Shown here piece after piece: positions 46,765 to 55,559 of a stretch of 64,000 bases of DNA. The notes beneath the pieces are model-generated. The model saw only the letters and a list, made by a program, of their open reading frames with translations, did not search any database and was not told the DNA's origin. Position 1 is the first letter of the stretch. Every line of letters starts with the position of its first letter. Source of the DNA: an uncultured Verrucomicrobia subdivision 3 bacterium (GTDB lineage: Bacteria > Verrucomicrobiota > Verrucomicrobiia > Limisphaerales > UBA11358); contig CAJAQO010000083.1 in the NCBI GenBank assembly GCA_903944085.1, forward strand, positions 6,590 to 70,589, in the 5' to 3' direction. A program made the translations under genes and the position numbers.

Positions 46765-47976
46765 TTAGTATCCTCTACGGTTCATGTATACGTTTTGCAT
46801 CAGGCCCAGCGCGATCAACGAGCATAGCACTGAAGATCCGCCGTAACTTAACAGCGGCAGTGGTATGCCCGTCACCGGGACGATGCGAATGTTCATGCCG
46901 ATATTGATGAAAACGTGGCTGAACAGGAGCGTCACAACGCCCACGGCCACCAGTTTTCCCAGACGATCGCGCGCCTGGCCGGCGATTCTCAAACCTGTGA
47001 AGAGAACCACCGCATACAGCGTCAGCACCACAACGGAGCCGACGAATCCTTCCTCCTCGGCAATGACGGAGAAAATGAAATCATTATGTGCCGCGCCAGC
47101 CGGCAAAAAACTCAGCGCGGTCTGCTGGCCCTGGCGCCAGCCCTTGCCAAAAATCCCGCCGGAGCCGACGGAGATCAGCGCCTGGCGCACTTGGTAAGAT
47201 TTTTCCAATTGCTGTCGCCGCGCCTCGGATCTTTCTTGCGCAGACGCGTTGGCGGGCGCGAAATTCGCGCCGAAATAAACGAGCAGCCGCTGGCGCTGAT
47301 AATCTTGCATCGGAATCCGCCAGTGCTGCGGGGCGAACAAAACGTCCGCCACGAACAACACGCCCACGATGCCAACGCCGCCAATCAAGCGAACCAAAAA
47401 TTTATGCGGCGTGCCGGCGACGAGCATCATCACCAAACCCGTCGGCAGCAGCACCAGCGCGGAACCCAGATCCGGCTCTTTCAAAATCAGCAGGAACGGC
47501 AGCATCATCAGGCCGATGCCCTGCCAAAAAACTTCGGGCTGTTTCAATTCATCCGGCGGCCGGCTCAGGAAATTGGCGCCCGCCAGAATGAAAGCCAGTT
47601 TCGCAAATTCGCTCGGTTGAAATTGGAAGAACGGCAGATCAATCCATCGCCGTGCGCCCCAGCCGTGCGTCTGGCCGATGAACGGAATCAGCACCGCGAC
47701 CAGGCAAAGAATCATTGCCCAATACGCCACCAGCGACCACCGCGCCAGCGTGTGATAATCCACGAGGCAAACCGCCGCCGCTGCGCCGAGGCCCAGCACA
47801 TACCAGATGACCTGCCGGAACCAGATTTGCGCGAACCAGACTTTTTCCATTTCAAACGGACTTGCCGTCGTAGCGCTGGCCACGAACGCCGCACCGAGCA
47901 GCATCAGTCCGGCCAGCGCCATCAATTGCAGCCGGTCCAGTTTGGCGTATTTCTCGTTGAACGTCTCGGTGGTCAT
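46765..47976 (-). CDS. rodA: Rod shape-determining SEDS protein RodA
   Basis: 403 aa, polytopic. Blocks QPSEFAKL, HNDFIFSVIAEEEGF and PLPLLSYGGSS. Confidence 0.9.
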   Translation of the reverse strand: MTTETFNEKYAKLDRLQLMALAGLMLLGAAFVASATTASPFEMEKVWFAQIWFRQVIWYVLGLGAAAAVCLVDYHTLARWSLVAYWAMILCLVAVLIPFIGQTHGWGARRWIDLPFFQFQPSEFAKLAFILAGANFLSRPPDELKQPEVFWQGIGLMMLPFLLILKEPDLGSALVLLPTGLVMMLVAGTPHKFLVRLIGGVGIVGVLFVADVLFAPQHWRIPMQDYQRQRLLVYFGANFAPANASAQERSEARRQQLEKSYQVRQALISVGSGGIFGKGWRQGQQTALSFLPAGAAHNDFIFSVIAEEEGFVGSVVVLTLYAVVLFTGLRIAGQARDRLGKLVAVGVVTLLFSHVFINIGMNIRIVPVTGIPLPLLSYGGSSVLCSLIALGLMQNVYMNRRGY

Positions 47977-47977
47977 T

Positions 47978-50011
47978 TCATTTCGCCAGCGCCAGCGCTT
48001 TCGTCACGCCGGTCGTTTCTTTCTTCAGAATTTCTTCGTAAACATCGTGTGCAATCGGCGCGCAAACCAAGCCGCCGGAACCGTGCAGTTCCTTCGATTG
48101 CACCATCACCACCACGGCGTATTTCGGATTTTCAAACGGCGCGAACGAGGCGAACCAAAAATTGTAGGCGATCAGCCGGCCCGCGCTGTCCTTGACCTGC
48201 GCCGTGCCGGTCTTCGCCCCGATATGCAATCCATTCACGGCCGCCGCCGTGCCGGTGCCTTCGCTGCTCTCCACGTCCGCGAGCATCGCGTCGCGCAAAA
48301 TCTGCAGGCTGCGCGGATGCACCATCAGCCGGTCGCGCACGAGTCCGGACGGAAAATTCGTCGTCACGCCGCCCGCCGCCGGGTCCTGCGGCTCGATGCG
48401 CTGCACGAGGCGCGGCCACAAAATCGTGCCGCCATTGGCGATGGCCGAAATCATCACGGCCATCTGAATCGGTGTGATGTCAACCGGGCCTTGGCCGATG
48501 CATACGTTCGCGGTGTCGCCCTCGCGCCAGCCGGAATGGATTTGGTTTTCCGTCGGAAAATTTCCGCGCGTTTCCTGATGCGCGAAGAGCTGCGTGGTTT
48601 CGCCGAGGTGAAATTCTTTGCCGATCCGCACAATATTCTCGATACCGGCATGCGTCAGGCCCGCGTTCACGAAATAAGCGTTGCTCGAATGAATGAACGC
48701 GTGCTTGAAATCGTAAGGACCCGGCGGCGCGGTGTCTTCGATCTTATGCCGGTTCTTGCCAATGTAAATGCAGCCATGCCCCGCCCGCAGCGGATCGGCT
48801 TCGACGTGATAAATCTCGTTTACATTCAAACCGTTTTCCAACGCGGCCAGCGCGACGACCGTTTTGAAAATCGAGCCCGGCTGGTAATTTTCAAATGTCG
48901 CGCGATTTTTCTCCGCTTCGAGGTCCTGCAACTGCTGGTATTTCTCGCGCGAAATGCCCTGCGCAAAAGCGTTCGGATCAAACGTCGGCGACGACGCCAT
49001 CGCCAGCACGTCGCCGTTGCGCACATCCATCACCACCACGGCTGCGATCGGATCCTGACCCCGACGGTTCACGATTGAGTTTTCGGCGGCGCGCTCCAAG
49101 TCGAGATCCAGCGTCATCACCACGTTTTCGCCGGGCAGCGGCTCAGTGTCCACGTCTTTCGACTGGCGGTAGCCCATGTTGTTCACGAGCACGGATTCCT
49201 GGCCGGCGCGGCCATGCAGCTCCGCGTTGAATTTGCCTTCAATGCCCGTCACCCCGGCATAATCCGGCAGGCGGTAATTGAAAAAAGATTCCTCGCCGGC
49301 GATGGAACTGTCATCCTGCCGCAACTCGCCGAGCACATGCGCCGCCGTGGTGCCGAGCGGATAGCTGCGCATGGATTGCAATTCCAAATCCGCGCCGAGG
49401 CCGCCGATGAAATTTTCCTGAAAGCGCGCGATGTTCGTCGCGTCGAGGTTTTGCAAAATCGGAAACGGCATTGCCAGCTCCGTGGCGTAATGCCGGCTGA
49501 ATTTTGCCGCGTCGAACGGCAGCGGCTCGCCCATTTTCCGGCTGATTTCCGCGACGACTTCGCCGGCGACCTGCACGCGCGCCTGCTCGCGGATTTTTTG
49601 CACCTGCTCCGGCGTGAACGCAAATTGTTTCCGCTCGGTTTTGGACAGCGAGCGGCCCAGCTTTTTTTCCTGCGCGGCGATGGCTTGCTTTTGCCCCGCG
49701 CGCGCCTGTTTCATCAAACGGTCGCCGGCCACGGCGAACGGGCTGCGCAAATCGTCGAGGTAAAGGCTCAAGTTGTAGCGCGGCCGGTTTTCCGCCAGCA
49801 CGCGGCCCTCGCGGTCCAGGATTTTTCCGCGCACGGCGGGAATGCGGATGGTGCGATACGCCTGCGTGTCGAGATGCGCCTGATATTCGCGCGCGGAAAC
49901 GACCTGCACCCACCACAAGCCCGCGAGCAAAATGAAAAGCCCGGCCATCAGCACCACCGCCACGAGGCGGAGCGACGGGTCGTTCTTTTTCAGTTCGTCA
50001 AAGACAAGCAT
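47978..50011 (-). CDS. mrdA: Penicillin-binding protein 2 (elongasome transpeptidase)
   Basis: 677 aa. N-terminal TM helix, the PBP dimerisation domain, then SIFK (SxxK), SSN and KTGTA motifs. Confidence 0.9.
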   Translation of the reverse strand: MLVFDELKKNDPSLRLVAVVLMAGLFILLAGLWWVQVVSAREYQAHLDTQAYRTIRIPAVRGKILDREGRVLAENRPRYNLSLYLDDLRSPFAVAGDRLMKQARAGQKQAIAAQEKKLGRSLSKTERKQFAFTPEQVQKIREQARVQVAGEVVAEISRKMGEPLPFDAAKFSRHYATELAMPFPILQNLDATNIARFQENFIGGLGADLELQSMRSYPLGTTAAHVLGELRQDDSSIAGEESFFNYRLPDYAGVTGIEGKFNAELHGRAGQESVLVNNMGYRQSKDVDTEPLPGENVVMTLDLDLERAAENSIVNRRGQDPIAAVVVMDVRNGDVLAMASSPTFDPNAFAQGISREKYQQLQDLEAEKNRATFENYQPGSIFKTVVALAALENGLNVNEIYHVEADPLRAGHGCIYIGKNRHKIEDTAPPGPYDFKHAFIHSSNAYFVNAGLTHAGIENIVRIGKEFHLGETTQLFAHQETRGNFPTENQIHSGWREGDTANVCIGQGPVDITPIQMAVMISAIANGGTILWPRLVQRIEPQDPAAGGVTTNFPSGLVRDRLMVHPRSLQILRDAMLADVESSEGTGTAAAVNGLHIGAKTGTAQVKDSAGRLIAYNFWFASFAPFENPKYAVVVMVQSKELHGSGGLVCAPIAHDVYEEILKKETTGVTKALALAK

Positions 50012-50012
50012 T

Positions 50013-50588
50013 TTATTTTCTGCCGCGATGAATTTCGCGGTCGGAACGGAAACTCATTTCCGTGCGCGGCTGGTAGCCGAGCGTATGGCTGAACCATTCG
50101 AACAAGGCAAAAATCACGGGAGTGGCGACCGCGCCGCCGGCGGTCATCACGAGCCATTGCCAGAGCGAACCCCAGCCGATCAGCGGCGATTTTCCGCTGT
50201 TCAGGAGCAGCAAAACCGTCAGCAGCGGCACCAGCGCGCTCGCCGCCGCGCCGAGCACGAGCTGGGCAAACGGCAGGCCGCGCAGAATCAAATCCCGCTG
50301 CCAGTAAACTGGAAAACCAGCGACCACCAGCGGCAGAATTGTCACGCCCAGCGGATTCGCCGAGAGCGAGTCAAACCAGATTCCGCCAAAGACGGCGAGC
50401 AGCGACAACGTCACAATGTCCGCATTCAACGCGGCATAAATCATCAGCGCCGGCAGCAAATCAATCTGCGCGCCCAGCAGGCTGCGCGGCGCGAACAGCG
50501 TGGCTTCACCAAACACCGCGAGGAACGCGAAGCTCAAAATCAAGGCTGGTTTGAAAAGATTCATTTTCTCCGCACGGGATCTCGCCAA
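50013..50588 (-). CDS. mreD: Rod shape-determining protein MreD
   Basis: Small polytopic membrane protein between mreC and mrdA. The start may be the second Met (50564). Confidence 0.72.
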   Translation of the reverse strand: MARSRAEKMNLFKPALILSFAFLAVFGEATLFAPRSLLGAQIDLLPALMIYAALNADIVTLSLLAVFGGIWFDSLSANPLGVTILPLVVAGFPVYWQRDLILRGLPFAQLVLGAAASALVPLLTVLLLLNSGKSPLIGWGSLWQWLVMTAGGAVATPVIFALFEWFSHTLGYQPRTEMSFRSDREIHRGRK

Positions 50589-50615
50589 ACCGCCAAGTTC
50601 GCAAAGGGAAAAATT

Positions 50616-50639
50616 CTTTGCGGCTTTGCGGCTTTGCGA
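50616..50639. repeat. Tandem octamer array (CTTTGCGG x2 + CTTTGCGA) in the mreC-mreD spacer
   Basis: Read directly. The upstream GCAAAG (50601-50606) can pair with any of the three CTTTGC copies. Confidence 0.85.
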
Positions 50640-50661
50640 GAAATTTTCGGCATTTGAATTT

Positions 50662-51465
50662 TCATTTGAACAAAACCCAGACTTGTTCGAGCGCGCCGAG
50701 ATTGGCGTTGAGCTTCACCCGTGCCTCGGTGGCGAGGCCGTATTCGATGGCCTGCGCGTCCACGATTTTTCCAATCGGGATGCCTTTCGGGAAAATGCCG
50801 CCGAGGCCGCTGGTGAGCACATTCTGGCCGGGTTTCAAATTGGCGCCGCTGGCGAGGTAGCTCAACTCGACGAGCGACGTGTCCAGCGGGCCGCTGGCGA
50901 CCAGCACGCCGATGTCGTGCGTGGCGTTTTCGACCAGCGCGGAAACACGGCAGTTCGGGTCGCCAATCAAGACGACCTGTGAACTCACGAAACCGACCGA
51001 GGAAATACGGCCAGCCAGGCCTTCGGCGGTCAGCACCGGCTGGTTGGTTTGAATGCCGTCACGGCTGCCGAGATCAATTTGAATCGTGCGCCACCAGTTC
51101 GCCGGGTCGCGCATCACGACATTGGCGGGCTTCAATTTCCACGGTGCCTGCTTCTGCCAGCCAAGGAGATTTCGCAACTGGTCGTTTTCGCGGGCGATGG
51201 CGACGGCCTGGATTTGCTGTTCCCGGAGCTGCTGGTTTTCGCGGCGGAGCGAATCAATCTGATGCAGCAGTTCGCGGCGCGGCAGGACGGAGTCGGCGAG
51301 GTCGGCCGGCAGTTGCTGGCCGGCGTTGGCGAGGCCAAACAGCGGCAAAAACCAGCTGCCCACCGCGAGTTTCAGGCGCGCAGTCGCGCGCGTGGGCAGG
51401 CTCAGGAGAACGACTGCCACGAACACCACCGCGCCGAGCGCGAGATAATTTTTTTGCTTAAACAT
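50662..51465 (-). CDS. mreC: Rod shape-determining protein MreC
   Basis: 267 aa. N-terminal TM helix, a coiled coil (LRRENQQLREQQ), and a C-terminal beta domain with GIFPKGIPIGKI. Confidence 0.85.
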   Translation of the reverse strand: MFKQKNYLALGAVVFVAVVLLSLPTRATARLKLAVGSWFLPLFGLANAGQQLPADLADSVLPRRELLHQIDSLRRENQQLREQQIQAVAIARENDQLRNLLGWQKQAPWKLKPANVVMRDPANWWRTIQIDLGSRDGIQTNQPVLTAEGLAGRISSVGFVSSQVVLIGDPNCRVSALVENATHDIGVLVASGPLDTSLVELSYLASGANLKPGQNVLTSGLGGIFPKGIPIGKIVDAQAIEYGLATEARVKLNANLGALEQVWVLFK

Positions 51466-51518
51466 CCGCTACGTCACGGCGTTGTCGCCGTGGTGCGGTG
51501 AACGAACTCCCGGAAGAA

Positions 51519-52547
51519 TCAGTATTTGGCGTTGGTGGCGACGCGTTTCAGGAATTCGATTTCCTGCAACACGCGCCCGGTGCCTTCGGCGACGGCGCTC
51601 ATCGGGTCGTCGGCGAGATGCACGGGCAAACCGGTTTCCCCAGCCACGAGCCGGTCAATCCCGCGGATCAACGAGCCGCCGCCGGCCATCACCAAGCCGC
51701 GATCCACGAGATCGGCGGCGAGTTCTGGGGGGCAGCGTTCCAACGTGATCCGGATGGATTCGAGAATGCTCGAAAGCGGTTCTTGCAAGGCTTCGCGGAT
51801 TTCCTCGGAACGGATGGTCAAGGTTTTGGGCAGGCCGGAACCGAGGTCGCGGCCTTTGACATCCATGGTTAATTCCTGTTCCAGCGGAAAGGCGGAGCCG
51901 ATACGAATCTTGATTTCTTCTGCGGTGCGTTCACCTATCATCAGGTTGTAGGCACGTTTCATGTGGGCGACAATCGTGGCATCCAGTTCGTCTCCGCCCA
52001 CCCGCAGGCTGCGGCTGAAGACGATGCCGGCGAGGGAGATGATTGCGATTTCGCAAGTTCCGCCGCCGATGTCCACGATCATGTTGCCCGCCGGCTCATG
52101 CACCGGCAGACCGACGCCAATGGCCGAAGCCATCGGCTGCTCGATCAAATAAACCTCCCGCGCACCCGCGTGCGTGGCGGAATCTTTCACAGCCCGTTTC
52201 TCCACTTCGGTAATTCCCGAAGGCACTGCCACCACGACGCGTGGGGCAATGAGTTTCCGATGGTGAACTTTCTGGATGAAGTGGCGCAGCATCGCCTCGG
52301 TGATCTCGAAGTCGGCAATCACGCCGTCTTTCATCGGGCGGATGGCCACGATGTTGCCGGGCGTGCGGCCCAGCATTCTTTTTGCTTCGTCACCGACCGC
52401 CAGCACGTTGGTTGTGCCGGCCTGAATGGCCACCACCGAAGGTTCGCGCAGGACGATGCCACGATCCCGCACATAGACGAGGGAATTTGCGGTTCCCAGA
52501 TCTATTCCAATGTCATTGGAGAAGAGACTTTTGAATTGCTCAAGCAT
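51519..52547 (-). CDS. mreB: Rod shape-determining protein MreB
   Basis: Trimmed to MLEQFKSLFSNDIGIDLGTANSLVYV. Actin-fold blocks VVAVPSGITEVEKRAV, DIGGGTCEIAIISL and VMAGGGSLIRGID. Confidence 0.97.
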   Translation of the reverse strand: MLEQFKSLFSNDIGIDLGTANSLVYVRDRGIVLREPSVVAIQAGTTNVLAVGDEAKRMLGRTPGNIVAIRPMKDGVIADFEITEAMLRHFIQKVHHRKLIAPRVVVAVPSGITEVEKRAVKDSATHAGAREVYLIEQPMASAIGVGLPVHEPAGNMIVDIGGGTCEIAIISLAGIVFSRSLRVGGDELDATIVAHMKRAYNLMIGERTAEEIKIRIGSAFPLEQELTMDVKGRDLGSGLPKTLTIRSEEIREALQEPLSSILESIRITLERCPPELAADLVDRGLVMAGGGSLIRGIDRLVAGETGLPVHLADDPMSAVAEGTGRVLQEIEFLKRVATNAKY

Positions 52548-52755
52548 GAATGTGCCTAATCGCAGATAGTTAAAACCCCTTTGCCCCAAAGGTCAAGCGG
52601 CGAATGAAACAGATATTTCGCCCTTGCCTGGTCAATTGTTCTCATGCGCTGCCTCGATTTAAAACCCGGCGGCCGTCAACTGACCGGCCGCGCGCCCGCC
52701 GTTTCGGGTCCAGCCCGCGATTGCACGCGTGGAGCGGTTCGTTTAACTTGAACGG

Positions 52756-53541
52756 ATGTCGTTTTTTGGCAAATGGAGTTCCGCCTGGCTGGCCGCCGCA
52801 TTTTTGGCGGGCGCCACCGGCTGTTCGCCGCTGGATCAAGGCCCGCAGGACGAGGAGAAGGAGCCGCATTTCGTCCTCGGCAAAAGCCGCGTGAACGCGA
52901 TGGATTATGCCGGCGCGATCCGGGCGTTCGAGGAATCGCTGGAGGCCAACCCGCATTCGGCGCTGGCGCATTACCAGCTCGCGATGCTGTTTGAAAACCA
53001 GGAATCCGATCCGGCGGCGGCCATTTACCACTATCAGGAATATTTGAAATACGATCCCCGGGCCGAGAACGCGGATGTCATCGCGCAGCGCATCACCCGC
53101 TGCAAACAGCAGTTGGCCGAGGACTCGCTCGCGCTGCCCAGCACGCCCGCCGCGCAGCAGCAACTCGAAAAACTCACCGAGGAAAACCGCCGGTTGCACG
53201 ACCAGTTGACCCAATGGCAGACGGCTTATGCCGGGCTGCAAGCGTCCGTTAAAACCAATCCGCCGGTCGTGCAAAATTATTATGCCGCGCCGACGCCGGT
53301 CGTCAGCCCGACGCCGGATGACGTGACGCCGGTCACGACCACTACCATGGCGCCGGCGCGCAAACCGGGTTCGGCCAAAATGATTTCCCCGCCGCACACC
53401 CACAAAGTTGTCAGCGGCGAAACGCTCGCCAGCATCGCCCGCAGACAGGGCGTCAGCCTCGCGGCGCTGGAGGCGGTCAATCCCGGCGTCAACCCGAAAA
53501 AACTCAAGGCCGGCCAGGTGCTGAACCTGCCCGCGCCCTGA
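52756..53541 (+). CDS. TPR + LysM domain lipoprotein
   Basis: Lipobox LAGATGC, a TPR segment (YAGAIRAFEESLEANP...), a coiled coil and a Pro-rich linker. C-terminal LysM (HKVVSGETLASIARRQGVSLAALEAVNP...GQVLNLP). Confidence 0.72.
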   Translation: MSFFGKWSSAWLAAAFLAGATGCSPLDQGPQDEEKEPHFVLGKSRVNAMDYAGAIRAFEESLEANPHSALAHYQLAMLFENQESDPAAAIYHYQEYLKYDPRAENADVIAQRITRCKQQLAEDSLALPSTPAAQQQLEKLTEENRRLHDQLTQWQTAYAGLQASVKTNPPVVQNYYAAPTPVVSPTPDDVTPVTTTTMAPARKPGSAKMISPPHTHKVVSGETLASIARRQGVSLAALEAVNPGVNPKKLKAGQVLNLPAP

Positions 53542-53546
53542 CCACG

Positions 53547-54347
53547 ATGACTGCGCGCCTGACATTGCTGGGCATCACCGCCTTTTGGCTGACGATGAAC
53601 GCGTGGCTCTGGCGGACGGAATATGGCGCGCGCGGCGGCGATACGCCGGTGCCGGTGCAACTGGTCTGGCGGAAAATTTTGACCGCGCCGGATGCGTCGT
53701 CGTTGAGCGTTTATGAAGCCGGCAACCGCATGGGCTACTGCGAATTTTCCACCGGCGTCGGCCAGCAGATGGCCACGTTTGACGAAGACAAGCCGCCGCC
53801 GGAAGGCTACACCACGCGCACCGGCTACCAGCTTCATCTCGCCGGCAATGTCGCGCTCGGGGATTTCACCAACCGGCTGAAATTTGACGGCCGGGTGCAG
53901 TTCAACCCGGCCCACCAGTGGCAGGAGGTGAATTTGCGGATCACTTCGCATCTGGCCGTGATTGAAATTCAATCGCTGGCCACGAACCAGGCGGCGCACG
54001 TCAAATTCAGCAACGATGGCGCGTCCGTGCTGGAACGCGATTTTTCCTTCGCCGAACTGCAGAATCCCGGCGCGCTGGTCCGGGCTTTGACCGGCAATGT
54101 GGCCGACGGTTTTCTGGGCGCGTTTGACCTGCCGGGCCTGGCACCGGACGCCACCGCCCAAAAACTCGAATGGGATGCCCGCCGCACGCGCGTCAGAATC
54201 GGCACCGAGGCCGTGCCGGTTTACCGGCTGGAAACCAGCGTGCTCGGCCATGCCGTCAGCGTGGACGTGAGCACGCTCGGGGAAATTTTGTGCGTCGAGC
54301 TGCCCGGCGGCATCAGCGCCCGCATTGACGAGTGGAGCAAACCATGA
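53547..54347 (+). CDS. Hypothetical membrane-anchored protein
   Basis: 266 aa with one N-terminal TM helix. Its stop overlaps (ATGA) the start of the ABC ATPase. Confidence 0.5.
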   Translation: MTARLTLLGITAFWLTMNAWLWRTEYGARGGDTPVPVQLVWRKILTAPDASSLSVYEAGNRMGYCEFSTGVGQQMATFDEDKPPPEGYTTRTGYQLHLAGNVALGDFTNRLKFDGRVQFNPAHQWQEVNLRITSHLAVIEIQSLATNQAAHVKFSNDGASVLERDFSFAELQNPGALVRALTGNVADGFLGAFDLPGLAPDATAQKLEWDARRTRVRIGTEAVPVYRLETSVLGHAVSVDVSTLGEILCVELPGGISARIDEWSKP

Positions 54348-55069
54348 TTGAACTTGACCGGCTGGTAAAAAACTTTGGCGATTTGGTGGCCGTCAATGAC
54401 GTCTCGCTTCAGATCGGGCGCGGCGAATTTTTCGCGCTGCTCGGGCCCAACGCCGCCGGCAAGACGACGCTGATGAAACTGCTCACCGGCCTGATCAAGC
54501 CCACGGCCGGCCGTGCGCGCATCTGCGGTTTTGATGTGCAAACGCAGCCGCTCGCCGCGCGCCAGCGGCTGGCTTACGTTCCCGATTTCCCGTTTCTTTA
54601 TGACAAGCTGACGGCATGGGAGTTTTTCCGTTTCATCGGGGAGATGTTCCGGCTCGACGCGGCCCGGATCGAGCACAACGCGCAGGAACTCGTCCAGCGG
54701 TTTCACCTGACGGATTTTGCCGACCGCACGCTCGAAGGGCTTTCGCACGGCACACGCCAGCGCATCGCCATCGTGTCCGCGCTGCTGCACGATCCGGAGG
54801 TGTTTGTGATTGACGAGCCGATGGTCGGCCTCGATCCGCAGCACGCCCGCGTGGTGAAGGATGTTTTGAAGGAGCGTTCACGGGCCGGCATGACCGTGCT
54901 GGTGTCCACGCACCAACTGAGCATCGCCGAGGAAATGGCCGACCGCATCGGCATCATCCACGGCGGCAAACTGATCGCCGTGGGCACGCGCGAGGAACTG
55001 CGGCGACAAAGCGGCGCGGCCGGCGCGCTCGAGGAAACTTTCCTGTCGCTGACGGCGGACGCAAAATGA
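54344..55069 (+). CDS. ABC transporter ATP-binding protein (ABC-2 subfamily-like)
   Basis: Walker A GPNAAGKTT, signature LSHGTRQR, Walker B VFVIDEPMVGLD, H-loop STHQL. The ATG at 54344 is preferred over the GTG at 54332. Confidence 0.88.
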   Translation: MIELDRLVKNFGDLVAVNDVSLQIGRGEFFALLGPNAAGKTTLMKLLTGLIKPTAGRARICGFDVQTQPLAARQRLAYVPDFPFLYDKLTAWEFFRFIGEMFRLDAARIEHNAQELVQRFHLTDFADRTLEGLSHGTRQRIAIVSALLHDPEVFVIDEPMVGLDPQHARVVKDVLKERSRAGMTVLVSTHQLSIAEEMADRIGIIHGGKLIAVGTREELRRQSGAAGALEETFLSLTADAK

Positions 55070-55181
55070 ATTTTGATTTCGTGATCCGCGTTGAAACCGC
55101 CGGCGCGGCGCGCTTGGCTCCGGTCTGAAGCGGCCGGTTTCCAATTGACAGCCCCGGCGGCGGCCCGTTACAAATCCCGCG

Positions 55182-55373
55182 ATGGGCGATTCAACCAGCA
55201 ACCCAGTTCTGCACCGGCGGCGGCGAAAATATCCGTATCGCCGGTTTATCCGGATTCTCCTGGGTGCGGCGCTGGTCATCACCCTGTTTTTTCTGCTGCT
55301 GTTTCTGCGCAGCACGCCCACGGCATCCGGCCCCAATGTTTCCAGCGATGACGCCTCGGTGCAATTCAAGTGA
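55182..55373 (+). CDS. Possible small single-pass membrane protein
   Basis: 63-aa ORF with a basic N-terminus (HRRRRKYPYRR) and one TM helix. Preceded by TTGACA-N18-TACAAA ending 7 nt before the ATG, which would give a leaderless transcript. Weak support only. Confidence 0.25.
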   Translation: MGDSTSNPVLHRRRRKYPYRRFIRILLGAALVITLFFLLLFLRSTPTASGPNVSSDDASVQFK

Positions 55374-55559
55374 AGACCGGTTGGCACGCGCCGTGGTTGT
55401 GGATTCTTGGACCGACTTGAGCATCCGCCTACAGACGCTTATCGCCATCGTCGCGGCGTAGAACCGGCGTTTGCTCGTGCTGCGATCATGGCGCAGGTCA
55501 GTTTTTTAAATACCAAAACGGACACGGCCAAAGTTTGCGTGGCGAAAGTCAGGCGAGAA

